Positions 26,516-39,869 are shown, counted from the first letter of the stretch. The stretch is 64,000 nucleotides of DNA from Octopus vulgaris (GCA_951406725.2 OX597815.1:13082001-13146000), one strand, 5' to 3'. Translations and numbers: made by a program. The notes: generated from the sequence alone by a model not told the origin.

Positions 26516-27315
26516 GCATATTTATCATAAATATGGTTTTTGTAAATATTTTAATTCATGAACGCATATCCAACATTGGAAGTATTTTATCTCACTACTT
26601 TAACTCATGAGATTATATAAATTTACCCTCCCGCAAAAAGTGCACCCTTCAAAACGTGCCCTTCTACAAAAAAAGTGCAATTGCCTCCCATGTCTCGAAT
26701 AATAGCAATCGCCAATTACCCCCCCCTTTTATGTTTGTCTCTATTTGGTTATTCGTTTACAAAGAAACTCTCATACAAGCAGCATGAACTAAGAACGTCT
26801 TAAGAAAATACGAAATCGCAATAGCTTCACCAATAGCGAAGTGCAAAACCGGTCGACTATATTAATATTCTATCATTTAAACCATATTAAAGAAATATAA
26901 AATGAATTTTCCTGCTTTTATTTTTATTATTTGTCTACAACTCACCACGTGGCGAAATTCTCTTCAACGATGCTACATGCAATACACACGCACACAGAAA
27001 CACGCACACACACACAGACACAGAGACGCAAGCACACGCACATACGGAATTATGCACACGCACACACCCACGCGCGAAAACACTAAGGCATCTATAGAGA
27101 TTTAAGAAATTCAGATGAGTACTCAAGTCAGCACCGCATGCAATACAATAATTCTTTGACCTGAAAATTAGGAGAATGTGTTAATAAAAATAACATTATT
27201 CACTACAAACAGTAAGTTTAGGTAAGGATAAAATTATGAGCGCAAGTCACTAGTAGCCAGGTAGAAAATTAAAAACTGGAATGAATCTGGCAGCATTATA
27301 CTTTTTTTATAATAA

Positions 27316-27495
27316 GGCCGCGAAATGCTTAGTGGCATTTCGGTCGTTTTTGCGTTTCAAGTTCAAATTCCACCCATGTCGAATTTGCCTTCCATCTATT
27401 TCGCGGCCAAGAAAATAGTACCGTCTGGACACTGGAGTCGATGTAATCGACTAACCCTCCTCCTAAACTGCTGGCTTTGTGCCAAAATTTGAAAT
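27316..27495 (+). mobile_element. Diverged SINE family B
   Basis: cgaaatgcttagtggcatttcg..gttcaaattccaccc..actggagtcgatgtaatcgact. Confidence 0.7.
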
Positions 27496-27689
27496 CATTA
27501 TATTTTTGATAAGTGTAGTAATTAACAATAACAAAAATGTATTTAGTAATAGTAATAGAGGACGAATTTTTAATTGTTTGGAAAACCATTCCGCTACTAA
27601 ATCGTCTCGGAATGTTGTATAGCTATCTATTGCATAATATGCTATGCTATGTTTGTGCCTCTTCATTGTAGTTGTAATGGTTTCAAATG

Positions 27690-27885
27690 TTTGCACAAGG
27701 CCAGCAATTTCGGGAAGATGGTAAGTTGATTACATCGACCCCAGTACTCCACTGCTACTTATTTTATCAACCCCGAAATGACGAAAAGCAAAGTCAGCCT
27801 AAACTTGAATTGAGAACGTAAAGACGAAAGAAATGCTGCTAAGCACTTTACCGCCCGTGCTAACGATTCAGCTTGCTCGCCGCCG
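27690..27885 (-). mobile_element. Diverged SINE family B
   Basis: gattacatcgaccccagt..gctaagca..gctaacgattc..gctcgccgcc. Confidence 0.7.
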
Positions 27886-28479
27886 CAATAATAGTAATTA
27901 TATTGATACTGTTATTAATGACACTTCTTGCAATGTCCCTCATAGCACTTGTAACTTACAGATCCGGCAAAATGCCATCTAAACAACCAATGTTTTAAAT
28001 GCAATGTAGCAAACAAATGATCAGTTACGGCAGCACATAATGCACACTACTATATCTGTTTATACGAATTAAAATTTAGATTGCCATTTCACATATGGTC
28101 ATTGAAGAATGAAAGAAATGATTTGAAAGCTTAAAACGAAGAATATTATTTAGTCAACCGTAGTAAATGAAACATCTTGCAATTCCATATAGAATGTGTA
28201 GGATACATGTAACCGGCAGGTTGTTAATTTTTGAATCTAATTAACCATGTTGTTATCGGGAATTCAGTAATAGATTCTTAAAATTTCTCGTTATCAGACA
28301 TAGCGAAATAAATAATTTTTAGGATGTCAACCTTAGTTTAATCATTGGGGTATCAATATTTGGTGCTCCAAATTAGGCAACTTCTTAAAAAACTTCTTAA
28401 GTACGTAATGAACGTATTTATATAGATCAAGTGAAAAATCATCTTAATTTGATTAACAATATTCCTATTTGTTTCAAAT

Positions 28480-28672
28480 TTTTGCATATGGCCAGCAAGT
28501 TCGGGCGAGTGGGTAAGTCGCTTACATCGATCCCAGGGCTCAACTGTACGTATTTTATTGATTCCGAAAGAATGAAAGGTGAAGTTAAACTCGGCGCAAT
28601 TTGAACTCAAAACGTGAAGACGGACGAAATGCTGCTAAGCCCGGTGTGCTAACGATCCTTCCAGCTCGCTGT
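28480..28672 (-). mobile_element. Diverged SINE family B
   Basis: ttacatcgatcccag..gaatgaaagg..ctcggcgcaatttgaactc..ccagctcgc. Confidence 0.7.
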
Positions 28673-31595
28673 CGTACTGTAAATATATATATTAAACTCA
28701 CAAAGGGTATACTGCACCATCATTTCAACTCCCTTTTCTTACCTTTACTCTTTAGTTTTCATTTATCTTGCCATAATTTCTTTACACATTTTACCTTCAT
28801 AATAGAATTAGCATTATAAGACTATATATTAGAAAACATTCACTTCTTTGAATATTCTCGCTTCTGTTCCTAACTTCATATTCATATTCATCTACATTTA
28901 GTATGTATACAATATATTAGGCTATTATTGACCTGCCAATATTCATGACCTCACCTGTTTACAACTGTCTAAACGTTAAAGAATGAACACGACAACCTCT
29001 GTGTCTTTAGTATATTTCTAATAAAGTGACAATCTGATGTTTATGAATTTTCACTCCAATAATTTTCGCTCAAAATGTTTGTAACTAATATGATTAAAAG
29101 TGGAAGAGCTATTTGATATCTAATGGGTTTACATAATTTTCATATATATAAACCATCATCATTGATGAAAAAGAAATAGTGGGGATAGAAACGATCGCCA
29201 CTGATTAAAGAATTTACGACCGTATGTATGTATGTATGTTTATGTATGTGTGTATATTCATATATGTATATATGTAAATATATATGCATAAATAGACATG
29301 TGTATGTGCGTGTGTGTGTGTGTGAGTGAGTGTGTGCGCTTATTATCTGCATATAATCCAATAATCATGATTTTTGAAGCTTGATTTTACGTAAATGAAT
29401 ACGTCTAAAGATTTTAATCAATGAACTGAGAAATATAATTGCAATTAAACTTCGCAGCAGCAGCAGAGGTGAGATAGAACATCAATAGATTGTTTTATTC
29501 CTATTAACCTTTATTCGTTGCAACGTATCCATCATTCTAATCTCTACGGGATATTAATTTCATATTCAATATTATATGTTTGAAATTAAGCAGAAAAATG
29601 TCATATTCTTATCAGCTGACATGAATGTAATAACTCTTCATAGAAAACTTCGTTTTATTTACATTCTATTAAGACACAACCTCGTATATCTGCTCAAATA
29701 ATGATTACTACCAGTTGCACAATATTGATTCTTTCCATAATTAAAGGGTGACAAATTCGTTACAAAGAATGTAAGGTATTATCTAAAAGTTAGACATATA
29801 CGTATGTATATTTAACTCTGTATAAGTATATTCACATGTTTCTTCTCTGTGTGTGTGTGTATGTGTATTCATGCGTATGTGTGCGTGGATTTATGTATGC
29901 GTGTGTGCGAACATGAATTTTATTAGGATGATTAAAATTGCATGTCGTATGTCAGCTGTGAAACTAAGTTTGGTTTTACTGGTTTCCATTGTTAGAAATA
30001 TCACAGATTACAGAAAGATAACGGACGAAATTTGGGGAGTGGTTTCGCAATTTTTCTTCATTATGCCCTCTTTTAATTCTATAAATGTAATTGACAAATA
30101 GTGTAATCCATGCCAGTTAGGTTTTTGTATAGGTTTAAGACAACGCGCTATACAATGAACGTAAGTTTATTGTATAGTACAGTAGTGGTTGTATAGTACA
30201 GTAGTGGTTGAATAATATCTTTAAGGCCGCCATTTACTCACACGCAACATATTTCAGAGCTTGTCGCTAATTCAGTTCTTAACCAAATTAAAAACCTTTA
30301 ACAATTTTGAAGAGGACTGGTCCCTAGATTTATTTTAGCATAAACGAATTTGGATTTGGTCCAGTAGAAAAGAGTTTACGTCAAAATTTGTCGCAACGTT
30401 ATAGGAGAGTACGTAACACCACCAATCAATTTTAGATCTAAATATCTTTTTTTTATTATTTTAGAAGCAAAACATTTTTATCTTAGCTTCAATGATAGAA
30501 GAAAGCATGAACACTTCATAGATTTGGTCCCATGCAACAAGAATTTCTATCATGAAAAATATATAAGTAAGGCAAAAAATTGGATTTAAGTATAATTAAC
30601 TTATTTTTTTTTTATTTTAAAACAAACTATATTTTAATTAAGCTTCAAGGATAGAACTCAATGCAAGGAATTTCATGGTATCAGTCTCATGCAATGGAAT
30701 TTTACAAGAAAGAAGCTGTGCGTGTTTGTTTCTCGAATTTGAGGATGATATACATCTTTTCTATACATTTTTATGATATACATACGTTCTATACATTTTT
30801 ATGAATATAAGAAAATAAGGGCAATTTGAATATATGTCATCGGCAGCATTGATGTAAGAAAAACAAATTATCAACGGCATCAGTAAATTGACGCATTTCA
30901 CACATAATTAATTACCATAATAGCATAGCCTTAAAAAAAAGAACGTTGATTACATGGGAAAAAGCGAGCGAGGAAATAATATTCTTAAGATTATAAATTT
31001 CGTAAAGTTCAGGACAACTTATTACATCTGGTAAAGTATAGGACAAGAAAAGTTTTAACTTAAAATATGCAGCTAATGATAAAATTTGAATATTGAAAAT
31101 TATTTGATTTTAGTTTACAATGTAACATTGTAATTTAAAAAGGTATCATTTTTTGTTAAACTATTAACACACTAGAACACTTAAAAAAAGAGAACCAGAA
31201 GTACCAATATGGCTTAAGCTTTATGCAAAATAGAATAGTATATTTGGTAAATTCATTATGTGAAAAATAGGCATTGTTCAAGACTAAAAATGTGAAAATT
31301 TGGCAATAACTTAGGCAATAATAACTTAAGCAAATCTTACTATGAATTTGTCGATATTGGTAGATTTTGCTGTAATATATAACTAATTATTGTCTTATCC
31401 CATTTATTATACTTAATAATTATGTACTACTATTATTTTTATAACCTATTTTCAAATTTCTACTTATTAATTATTAATGAAGAACACGATATTTTTAAAG
31501 TGCAAACAATGTTTTAATTGAGCTATTTTTTTAATTTAATAGAAGTAACAAGTAATAAAGTTTTCTGTTTTTTTATAAAAGCTCATATTTTCTAT

Positions 31596-31798
31596 ACTCT
31601 CTTACTCTTTACTTGTTTCAGTCATTTTGACTGCGGCCATGCTGGAGCACCGCCTTTAGTCGAGCGAATCGACCCCAGGAATTATTCTTTGTAAGCTTAT
31701 TACTTAATCTATCGGTCTCTTTTGCCGAACCGCTAAGTTACAGGGACGCAAACACAACAGCATAGGTTGTCAAGCGATGTTGGAGACACACACACACA

Positions 31799-31869
<71 letters not shown>

Positions 31870-32016
31870 GGCTGGCTTCTTTCCGTTTCCGTCTACCAAA
31901 TCCACTCACAAAGCTTGGGTCGGCCCGAGGCTTTAGTAGAAGACACTTGCCCAAGGTGCCACGCAGTGGGACTGAACCAGGAACCATGTGGTTGGTAAGT
32001 AAGCTACCCCTGCGCC
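31596..32016 (-). mobile_element. tRNA-derived SINE family A with internal (TA)n
   Basis: Reverse complement of the 56895-57308 copy, with a short deletion in the head. Confidence 0.9.
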
Positions 32017-32657
32017 TATATGCAATATTTTAAGTAAACATTTTCTTGTTCTGTACTTTACCAGACGTAATGAGTTGTCTTGAACATGTCCTGTACTTTT
32101 CCAAGTTTATAATCTTTAGAAGATTATTTTTCATGCTCGTATTTTGCATGCAATATATATTCATGGACAGAGAAAGAAAGCATGATTTTAGAGACTCACC
32201 TAAACATATCCAGAGGGACACTCTTTGTAATACCACTTATATTAAGGGACTGCGTAACATTTGCATATTTAACGCATCCTTGGCAATTATTTCGATTTAC
32301 ATATTATAACACATTATTGGTATCTTAGTAACTGCCTCAATCCCTGGAAGCATTAAACGTTTCAACACTTTTCTATACAACGGTGTGTATATATATTTAC
32401 GGTAATACATTTTGTGGAGTTGCATGCCTTACCTAAAATGATTTTTCGAAATTATTTTTCATGTGTGAATCAATGCCCCAATTACGAACTTCTCACACTA
32501 CATATTTTCTATATCTTTATGAAATTTCCTGCAAGATAACAGCGAATTACCGAACCATAAAATCTCATTTCAGTTCTTCAATATGAATATATCGATTCAC
32601 ACTAACAAATTGATGCGAAATATTTCTACTAGGACCTTTACAGATAAATGACTAGAC

Positions 32658-33183
32658 CAGTGATTCCCAACCGATTTTGGGCCATGCCATTCCGAATCAT
32701 TTTTAAAATCCTGATGATATTTAATTTGTGATATTTAATTTTTGTTATTCAAAATTTGGTTACTGTTTGCAATATTACCCGGAAAATAAAAAAAAAATAG
32801 TGCAACGGATGTAAGAGTATTTGTAGGAAACAAACATGTGCGCGCGTTTGTATTTACCTATATGTTTTCACATACCACTAAATCAAAGGAAATAATCTTT
32901 TTCCCTCTTTAGTGACATCAGATCTTGTGAATATGATAAAACCACCTCTTGTCACTAAAGTGTTCGAAATTTGATAAAATTGTCCACAGAAGTGATGTAG
33001 AGTTTTTTTATTAGTAGTTCATTCTCGAATTGCCGCCTTTCTCTTATTGGTATACTAAGCGTTGTGTAAAAAGGCATAAATCCAACATAACCCTACGCAT
33101 GCCTCACCAAAATATTACCATGCTCCAGCAAAATATTACCATGTCCCACCGGTGGGGCATGCACCACACGTTGGGAATCACGG
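32658..33183. mobile_element. Non-autonomous hAT (Charlie-like) transposon
   Basis: TIRs CAGTGATTCCCAAC / GTTGGGAATCACGG and an 8 bp TSD gactagac/ggctagac, resembling the NTCTAGAN Charlie target. Confidence 0.85.
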
Positions 33184-33770
33184 GGCTAGACGTTTGATTA
33201 ATGAAAGATGGCTGATTTTTCTACCAGATTAATACACACCTGCGAAATTTGAATCGCGTATACTGTTTACTTATAAATATAAATTGGAAGAGCTATAATT
33301 TTTTGCTTCATCTGCTAGAAGCAACCAAATCACCAAGATAAATTATCCTTTCCCTATAAACTGCCAGTTACCACTTTTATTTCTAAAGTAATTAACGTGT
33401 GCCACAAAATATATATTAGAGCAACTATTGGATTTCTCGTAAATGTCTTGCTAAATAGCGTCGAATTCGAATAATTTTTCGCATGTCAATAAAAGCTATT
33501 AGGATGGTACCAAAACACTGACGATGGAAACTTCTGAAAAGCCGCTTAACTTGCTGGAGATGACCCCCTATATTTCGCCATTTAATTTATTATCTTTATA
33601 TGTGGATTTCTCATAAAATAAACTGACCCCAAAATTATACGTGTTTTATAGGATGAGCTAGGCTGAGTCACTGGCCATGAATGCAAACTTAGGGGTTAAA
33701 AACAGAACGAATATATAGATAAGATAGTAAAAGAACATTTTACATCACAAGCAATTGAACGTTAAAATTA

Positions 33771-33988
33771 CGAGGGAAGATGAAAGGTTCTTGGCTTTAA
33801 AGTTTTAAGGAAAGGACTGGTTCGAGGCCAAACATTCCAATTAATTTTATAGCAACTTGAAAAAAATGAAGGACCGCGGCAATAAGTGTGTGAATTTGAG
33901 AAGGGAATATGCTGAATAAAATCATAATTACCAGATCCTCATGTATTTTCCTCTTACTCAAAGCCAGGAATTTTTCAGCACTCCATCG
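33771..33988 (+). mobile_element. Mariner internal-deletion derivative (218 bp MITE-like)
   Basis: Flanked by TA; imperfect ~28 bp TIRs (cgagggaagatgaaaggttcttggcttt / aaagccaggaatttttcagcactccatcg); the interior translates to a mariner C-terminus, DWFEAKHSN*FYSNLKKMKDRGNKCVNLRREYAE*. Confidence 0.8.
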
Positions 33989-34019
33989 TAAAGGGTCTTC
34001 TACATGAAACGTGTTTATA

Positions 34020-34248
34020 GGCGGCGAGGTGGCAGAACCGTTAGCACGCCGGGCGAAATGAGTAGCCGTATTTTCGTCTGCCGTTACGTTCTGAGTTCAA
34101 ATTCCGCCGAGGTCGACTTTGCCTTTCATCTTTCGGGGTCGATAAATTAAATACCAGTTACGCACTGGGTTCAATGTCATCGACTAAATTCGTTTGTCTG
34201 TCCTTGTTTCTCACCTCTATATTTAGCCCCTTGTGGGTAATAAAGAAA
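34020..34248 (+). mobile_element. tRNA-derived SINE family B, full-length monomer
   Basis: ggcggcgaggtggcagaaccg head, B-box-like gagttcaaattcc, core gcctttcatctttcggggtcgataaa, tail ccccttgtgggtaataaagaaa. Confidence 0.9.
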
Positions 34249-34895
34249 CATATATTTGTTATAATTTAATGTTATTTATTTATTCAAACATCAAAGTAAA
34301 AAAAATTAAGTTGTCCAACTCTGTCACTGATATGAAATTTTGTTGAATGGGTGATTAACCCTTACCCTAATATAGTATACTTTTTTCGACATCATAAAAA
34401 TATTTAGTCACTACCGTACACTATGCTGCTTCACTCCATATCGATTTTATCAATCCATCATCCCTTAAATAACTACTGGGGGCTAATTTAGCAGATTGTA
34501 CATTTCACTCAATTATAAACCAATATTTGTGCCTAGAAGCACAAAAACGACAAGTTATTGTATTTATTCACTCACGGACTGGGATAGATATTTATCAATA
34601 ACTATATGTAACAGTATAAGACGTTCCATTACAACTGTTGTTTGAAATTCAATTACGTTTTGTTACTTCTATAGATAGAAACTATTGATGTTGATACATC
34701 ATTTCTAATGAATCATCAGCTGTCAATTTTCTGTTTGTGTTTGGCAATCGAGGTACGATATATAGAACAATACCTGCCTAGCTTTGGCAAATACAATATC
34801 CCTGGGAGGTGAGTAAATTTATAACTGAAGAGTAGAAAAGTAAAGACGGCTTAAGTGGATAATATTAATTGATATATATATATATATATACATAC

Positions 34896-34954
<59 letters not shown>

Positions 34955-35009
34955 AAAAATTGAGGGAGATAAATTAATATTAATTTTAATATCAATTTAA
35001 AACCAGTAG

Positions 35010-35057
<48 letters not shown>

Positions 35058-35065
<8 letters not shown>

Positions 35066-35213
35066 ATGTGTATTCTCTTTCCTTTTATTCCGCCATGTTC
35101 CTTTCTGTTGAAGAGCGTAGGTCCGAAACGTAAAATACTTTTTCGCCTTCTCGAGTGTCTCATACACTGGCTTGTTGTTCATACATCTGTCTTCGTCTTT
35201 GGTTTTCTGAAAA

Positions 35214-35214
<1 letters not shown>
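35058..35214 (+). mobile_element. Short (TA)n-embedded element with hammerhead-like hairpin (family E)
   Basis: ctttctgttgaagagcgtaggtccgaaacgtaaaa; homologous to 50138-50325 (-). Confidence 0.6.
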
Positions 35215-35288
<74 letters not shown>

Positions 35289-35300
35289 TTTTTTCAACAT

Positions 35301-35492
35301 ATGACCGCGTGTGTATCGTTGGGGATTTTCTTTCTCCGACTTCCCTTCCTTGGACCTTTCGTTTTTACATGTTTCTAACGAAGAGCACCGCTTGAAAGTA
35401 AAATCGTCCTTCTTTTCTTTCTTTTCCTAAGCATCCAATAATACTATACTTGTTCCACGTCCTCGCGTTCTGTTTTCTTATTCTTCATGTTT

Positions 35493-35497
<5 letters not shown>
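35301..35497 (+). mobile_element. Family D short element (diverged)
   Basis: atgtgaccgcgtgtg-like start and gcatccaataatactat..ttgttccacgtcctcgcgtt match 49922-50119. Confidence 0.7.
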
Positions 35498-35565
<68 letters not shown>

Positions 35566-36393
35566 TCATATATACACGCTCACTCACACACGCATGCACA
35601 CACATAAATATGCAAAGAAGAAAAGTAAATTAATAATAGTTTATAATAACTATTAACTTCCTAATCCCCATTTTCTATTCTTCTTTTCAATGGATACAGA
35701 CTTTATGATTTATATATACCTATTGTTTTAAGGGAATTTCATTCCCCCCAAAATACTAGGTATTCTACCAGTATTTCCTCTTCACGAGGCTAACATGTTT
35801 TCTAATTAAACTGATACATCCATGTGTATAATGCTGAAAATTCCCTCAACTTCGCCCCTGGGGTGTGAGTAGAAATGTACTCCTTTTATTTTTTCCGTAT
35901 ATTTTAACTGTATCTATACCCAACCCCTTTGAAAATTAATCAATCTACCTCTAATTTGACCCTACTCATACTTGTCTATTCAATTCTATACTCCGCTCTT
36001 TACTGTAGCATCCCACCTCCAATACCAGCTGAATTTCTTTGTCCCACTAACAACGTATTTTGACCACCTTCTCACCCCACACAACTACTGAACCAGTCAA
36101 CTCATTTCTCCCAAATAATAACAATCCCTTTTCACTATCTCGACCTTTAACTCCATAGCCTTCATACCAGCTAATACAAAGGTCATTATTCACATACTAC
36201 CTAAACCACCCTTCCATCTTCCACATCTACTACTATTACTAGCCTCATAATAAACCCTAAACCCGAAATCTATTTCCTCCTCCCGCTACTCTCTATCTAA
36301 ACACCCCAACTCCTCTTCCTAATACACTTAGTTCTTCACAAAATCATTCCATCTTTAAACTCCATTCTGTCAACATCTCAAATGTAAAATACT

Positions 36394-36484
36394 TCCCTAA
36401 AGACGGTGGGTGGTAGTATCCGATGATGGAATCAAGTTGCAGTCGGAATTGTGGACCATCAAAGCTCCGGAAACAGCAGTAGGG
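36394..36484 (+). ncRNA. Degenerate type I hammerhead with long stem II
   Basis: tcc CTAAAGA cgg..(60 nt)..ccg GAAA cagcag TA ggg; G5A core change and near-palindromic stem III (acagc(t/a)gt). Confidence 0.35.
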
Positions 36485-36965
36485 CTCGTTAAACTCTTAC
36501 TCAACACATTTCATTACTGATATCATTTATATTCTGTATAAGTCGGACTCCTTTTATACGCATACACATGTAGATTTTTTTTTGTATTAATTGTATTTAA
36601 TATCTTTTGTATATCGACTTGCCTAATATGCTTATCCTTACATTTACTCCTCTAAATGCTCTAGTTCAAATCTCTTGAGCACTACGAAGTGTATTCTATA
36701 CAGAGAATGCCTATCTCTGATCTATCTATCTATGTATGTATATATATATATATATAATGATAAATATCAAAGTGAGTTATATACAGTAGCGGTAACACAT
36801 CGTGACGTATATTTGCCATTTCAATATGGCTACCCCTAAGGGTGGATGCTACTGTAGTTTTTAGCCCCAGGAGGACACACTCCTCCAGCTCGCCATAGAC
36901 ACACTTTCTGTGTCCTGTCAGTATTTGCAAAGGAAAGTCATCCTTCCCGTCTTCAACTTTTGATA

Positions 36966-37010
36966 CACACGGACTCGAGTTTCGAGGTATTGACCTCTCG
37001 TCAGCGTGTG
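36966..37010 (-). ncRNA. Type I hammerhead ribozyme (intact core)
   Basis: Exact reverse complement of 37436-37480. Confidence 0.88.
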
Positions 37011-37435
37011 ACAATCATAGTTGTCGCCGAGAATTAGATTTCCCTCACAAATACTTATACTTTTTCCAGCGTCCACTGTCGCTGATATTGAAAAAGTGAA
37101 ATCAAACAATGATAAATATCAAGGTGAGTTATATACAGTAGCGGTAACACATCGTGACGTATATTTGCCATTTCAATATGGCTACCCCTAAGGGTGGATG
37201 CTACTGTAGTTTTTAGCCCCAGGAGGACACACTCCTCCAGCTGGCCATAGACACACTTTCTGTGTCCTGTCAGTATTTGCAAAGTGAGTTACGATGTGTT
37301 ACCGCTACTGTATATAACTCACTTTGATATTTATCATTGTTTGATTTCACTTTTTCAATATCAGCGACAGTGGACGCTGGAAAAAGTATAAGTATTTGTG
37401 AGGGAAATCTAATTCTCGGCGACAACTATGATTGT

Positions 37436-37480
37436 CACACGCTGACGAGAGGTCAATACCTCGAAACTCGAGTCCGTGTG
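37436..37480 (+). ncRNA. Type I hammerhead ribozyme (intact core; predicted cleavage after GUC at 37474)
   Basis: cacacg CTGACGA gaggt caat acctc GAAA ctcgag TC cgtgtg: stem I 6 bp, stem II 5 bp, palindromic stem III ACTCGAGT. Confidence 0.9.
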
Positions 37481-37648
37481 TATCAAAAGTTGAAGACGGG
37501 AAGGATGACTTCCCTTTGCAAATACTGACAGGACACAGAAAGTGTGTCTATGGCCAGCTGGAGGAGTGTGTCCTCCTGGGGCTAAAAACTACAGTAGCAT
37601 CCACCCTTAGGGGTAGCCATATTGAAATGGCAAATATACGTCACTATA

Positions 37649-37690
<42 letters not shown>

Positions 37691-37761
37691 AATATATATA
37701 TATATACATACATATATATATATATATATATATGTAAATATATATATATATACATACATAC

Positions 37762-37794
<33 letters not shown>

Positions 37795-37918
37795 TATATA
37801 TATATATATATACATGTATATATACATATATATATATATATAAATATGTATGTATGTATGTATATATATATATATATATGTGTGTGTTTATAGATAAATA
37901 GATATAGATATGTATGTA

Positions 37919-37966
<48 letters not shown>

Positions 37967-38547
37967 TAGCGAGATGGGGAGAATTGACGGATGGATAGGT
38001 AGAGAGAAACAGACTGGAATATGTATCTACAAAGACAAAGTTAATCCAAAGCATTAAATTAATTATATTCAGTTTTGTTTGCGACTGATAGTATAAACTG
38101 ATATGAATCCGGATTTTATAATAAAACGAAAGGCATCAATTAAATAAAGCAATAAATGTCATTTTCAGTAAATCACACTCGAACATGAAATGCTGTTTCT
38201 AGTATAAACATATTAGTTTACCGACATATTTGTCTACGAGAAAGTTTTTTAAAATTGTATCACTATGCATTAAAGAAATATTACATTAATATGGACAGTA
38301 AATATATTCTGTTTGCATGCTGTATTCTTAATTTCTCTTTATATATTTCGAAATATATAAGAGAAGTAACTTCTCGCAGAACTTGAAGTATATCAAGCTA
38401 AAATATACACCAAGGTTTACGTTATAGATCAATATATCATACGCAAAAATGGGAATACATGATTACATATATGCACTCCGGCAAAGATACGCAACACATC
38501 TACCGGGACACATATACATGCTAATCACACATACACAAACAATTGCG

Positions 38548-38578
<31 letters not shown>

Positions 38579-38599
38579 ACTGTATGTGAACATACATAT

Positions 38600-39011
38600 A
38601 TTTCTTTAATGCCCACCAGGGGCTAAACATAGAGGGGACGAACAAAGACAGGCAAAGGGATTAAGTCGATTACATCGACTCCAGTGCGAAACTGGTACTT
38701 TATTTATCGACCCTGAAAGTATGAAAGGCAAAGTCGACCTTGGTGGAATTTGAACTGAGAGCGTAACGACAGAGGAAAGACCTATTTCTTTATTACCCAC
38801 AAGGGGCTAAACATAGAGGGGACAAACAAGGACAGACATAGGTAGTAAGTCGATTACATCGACTCCAGTGCGTAACTGGTACTTAATTTATAGACCCTGA
38901 ATGGATGAAAGGCAACGTCGACCTCGGTGGAATTTGAACTCACAACGTAACGACGGAGGAAATACCGCTAAGCATTTCGCCCGGCGCGCTAACGTTTCTG
39001 CCAGGTCGCCG
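38600..39011 (-). mobile_element. SINE family B tandem dimer (one head, two 184 bp bodies)
   Basis: atttcttt unit starts at 38600 and 38784; single head at 39011. Confidence 0.88.
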
Positions 39012-39527
39012 ACTATTATATGAATATACATATTTATAGACAAACAGGCAGATAGACAGATAGATAGATAGAGGGAGAGAGAGGGATACATATATATATA
39101 TATATATAGGCATAATTATATAGAAAAATATGTGTCTAGGTTTGGGTTTGGATTTGTACCCGGAAATATACAAGCGTGTAAGCATGAAGTAATAACAGAC
39201 ACTCACATTCGGTCACAACTGCGCAAATGTAAAATTAGTTTTGACATTGAAGTAATATTCCTGTCCGCCATCACTATAATAAATTCAGAATAAACTTGAA
39301 TATAATATACCCTATTACACACTTGTTAATCATTATTATGTACGTCATTTTCATCTTCATTACCATCTTCGTCGACAGGAGTCACCAGCATAGTACCCCT
39401 TATAAAAGTCATCATCATCATCATGCTCTTCTATCAACCCCATCACCATATACGTTACCTATTTTTCGTCTGTTGATCAACATATATACAAATATCCATA
39501 CATACACACACAGATACACGCACACAT

Positions 39528-39566
<39 letters not shown>

Positions 39567-39639
39567 CATACAGACATATACAGAATATACATAAATATAT
39601 ATATAAATATGCATATATATATACATATATATATATATG

Positions 39640-39691
<52 letters not shown>

Positions 39692-39766
39692 TATGCATAT
39701 ATATATATATAGATATATACATATATATATATATATATATGCATTTATATATACATATATATATAT

Positions 39767-39843
<77 letters not shown>

Positions 39844-39869
39844 AATGTGTGTGTGTGCGTGCGTGCGTA

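Larger units (their letters stand above)
36756..37644. mobile_element. Retrozyme-like hammerhead element: ~1.5 units on the minus strand (36756-37284) joined to 1 unit on the plus strand (37291-37644); unit length 352 bp
   Basis: aatgataaatatcaa at 36756 and 37108 gives a period of 352; 37291-37644 is the reverse complement of the unit; flanked by (TA)n; no ORF with a recognisable product. Confidence 0.88.

Noticed and set aside
30172-30210. Short 17-20 bp direct duplications (also ~25422-25462 and ~62253-62290)
   Set aside because: Ordinary slippage duplications with no further structure.
36730-37737. ORFs MSHADERSIPRN.. and MFDFTFSISAT.. repeated on both strands
   Set aside because: They recur only because the 352 bp unit is repeated and inverted; they begin at non-ATG codons and show no domain similarity, and the first frame has a stop in the 45631 copy.
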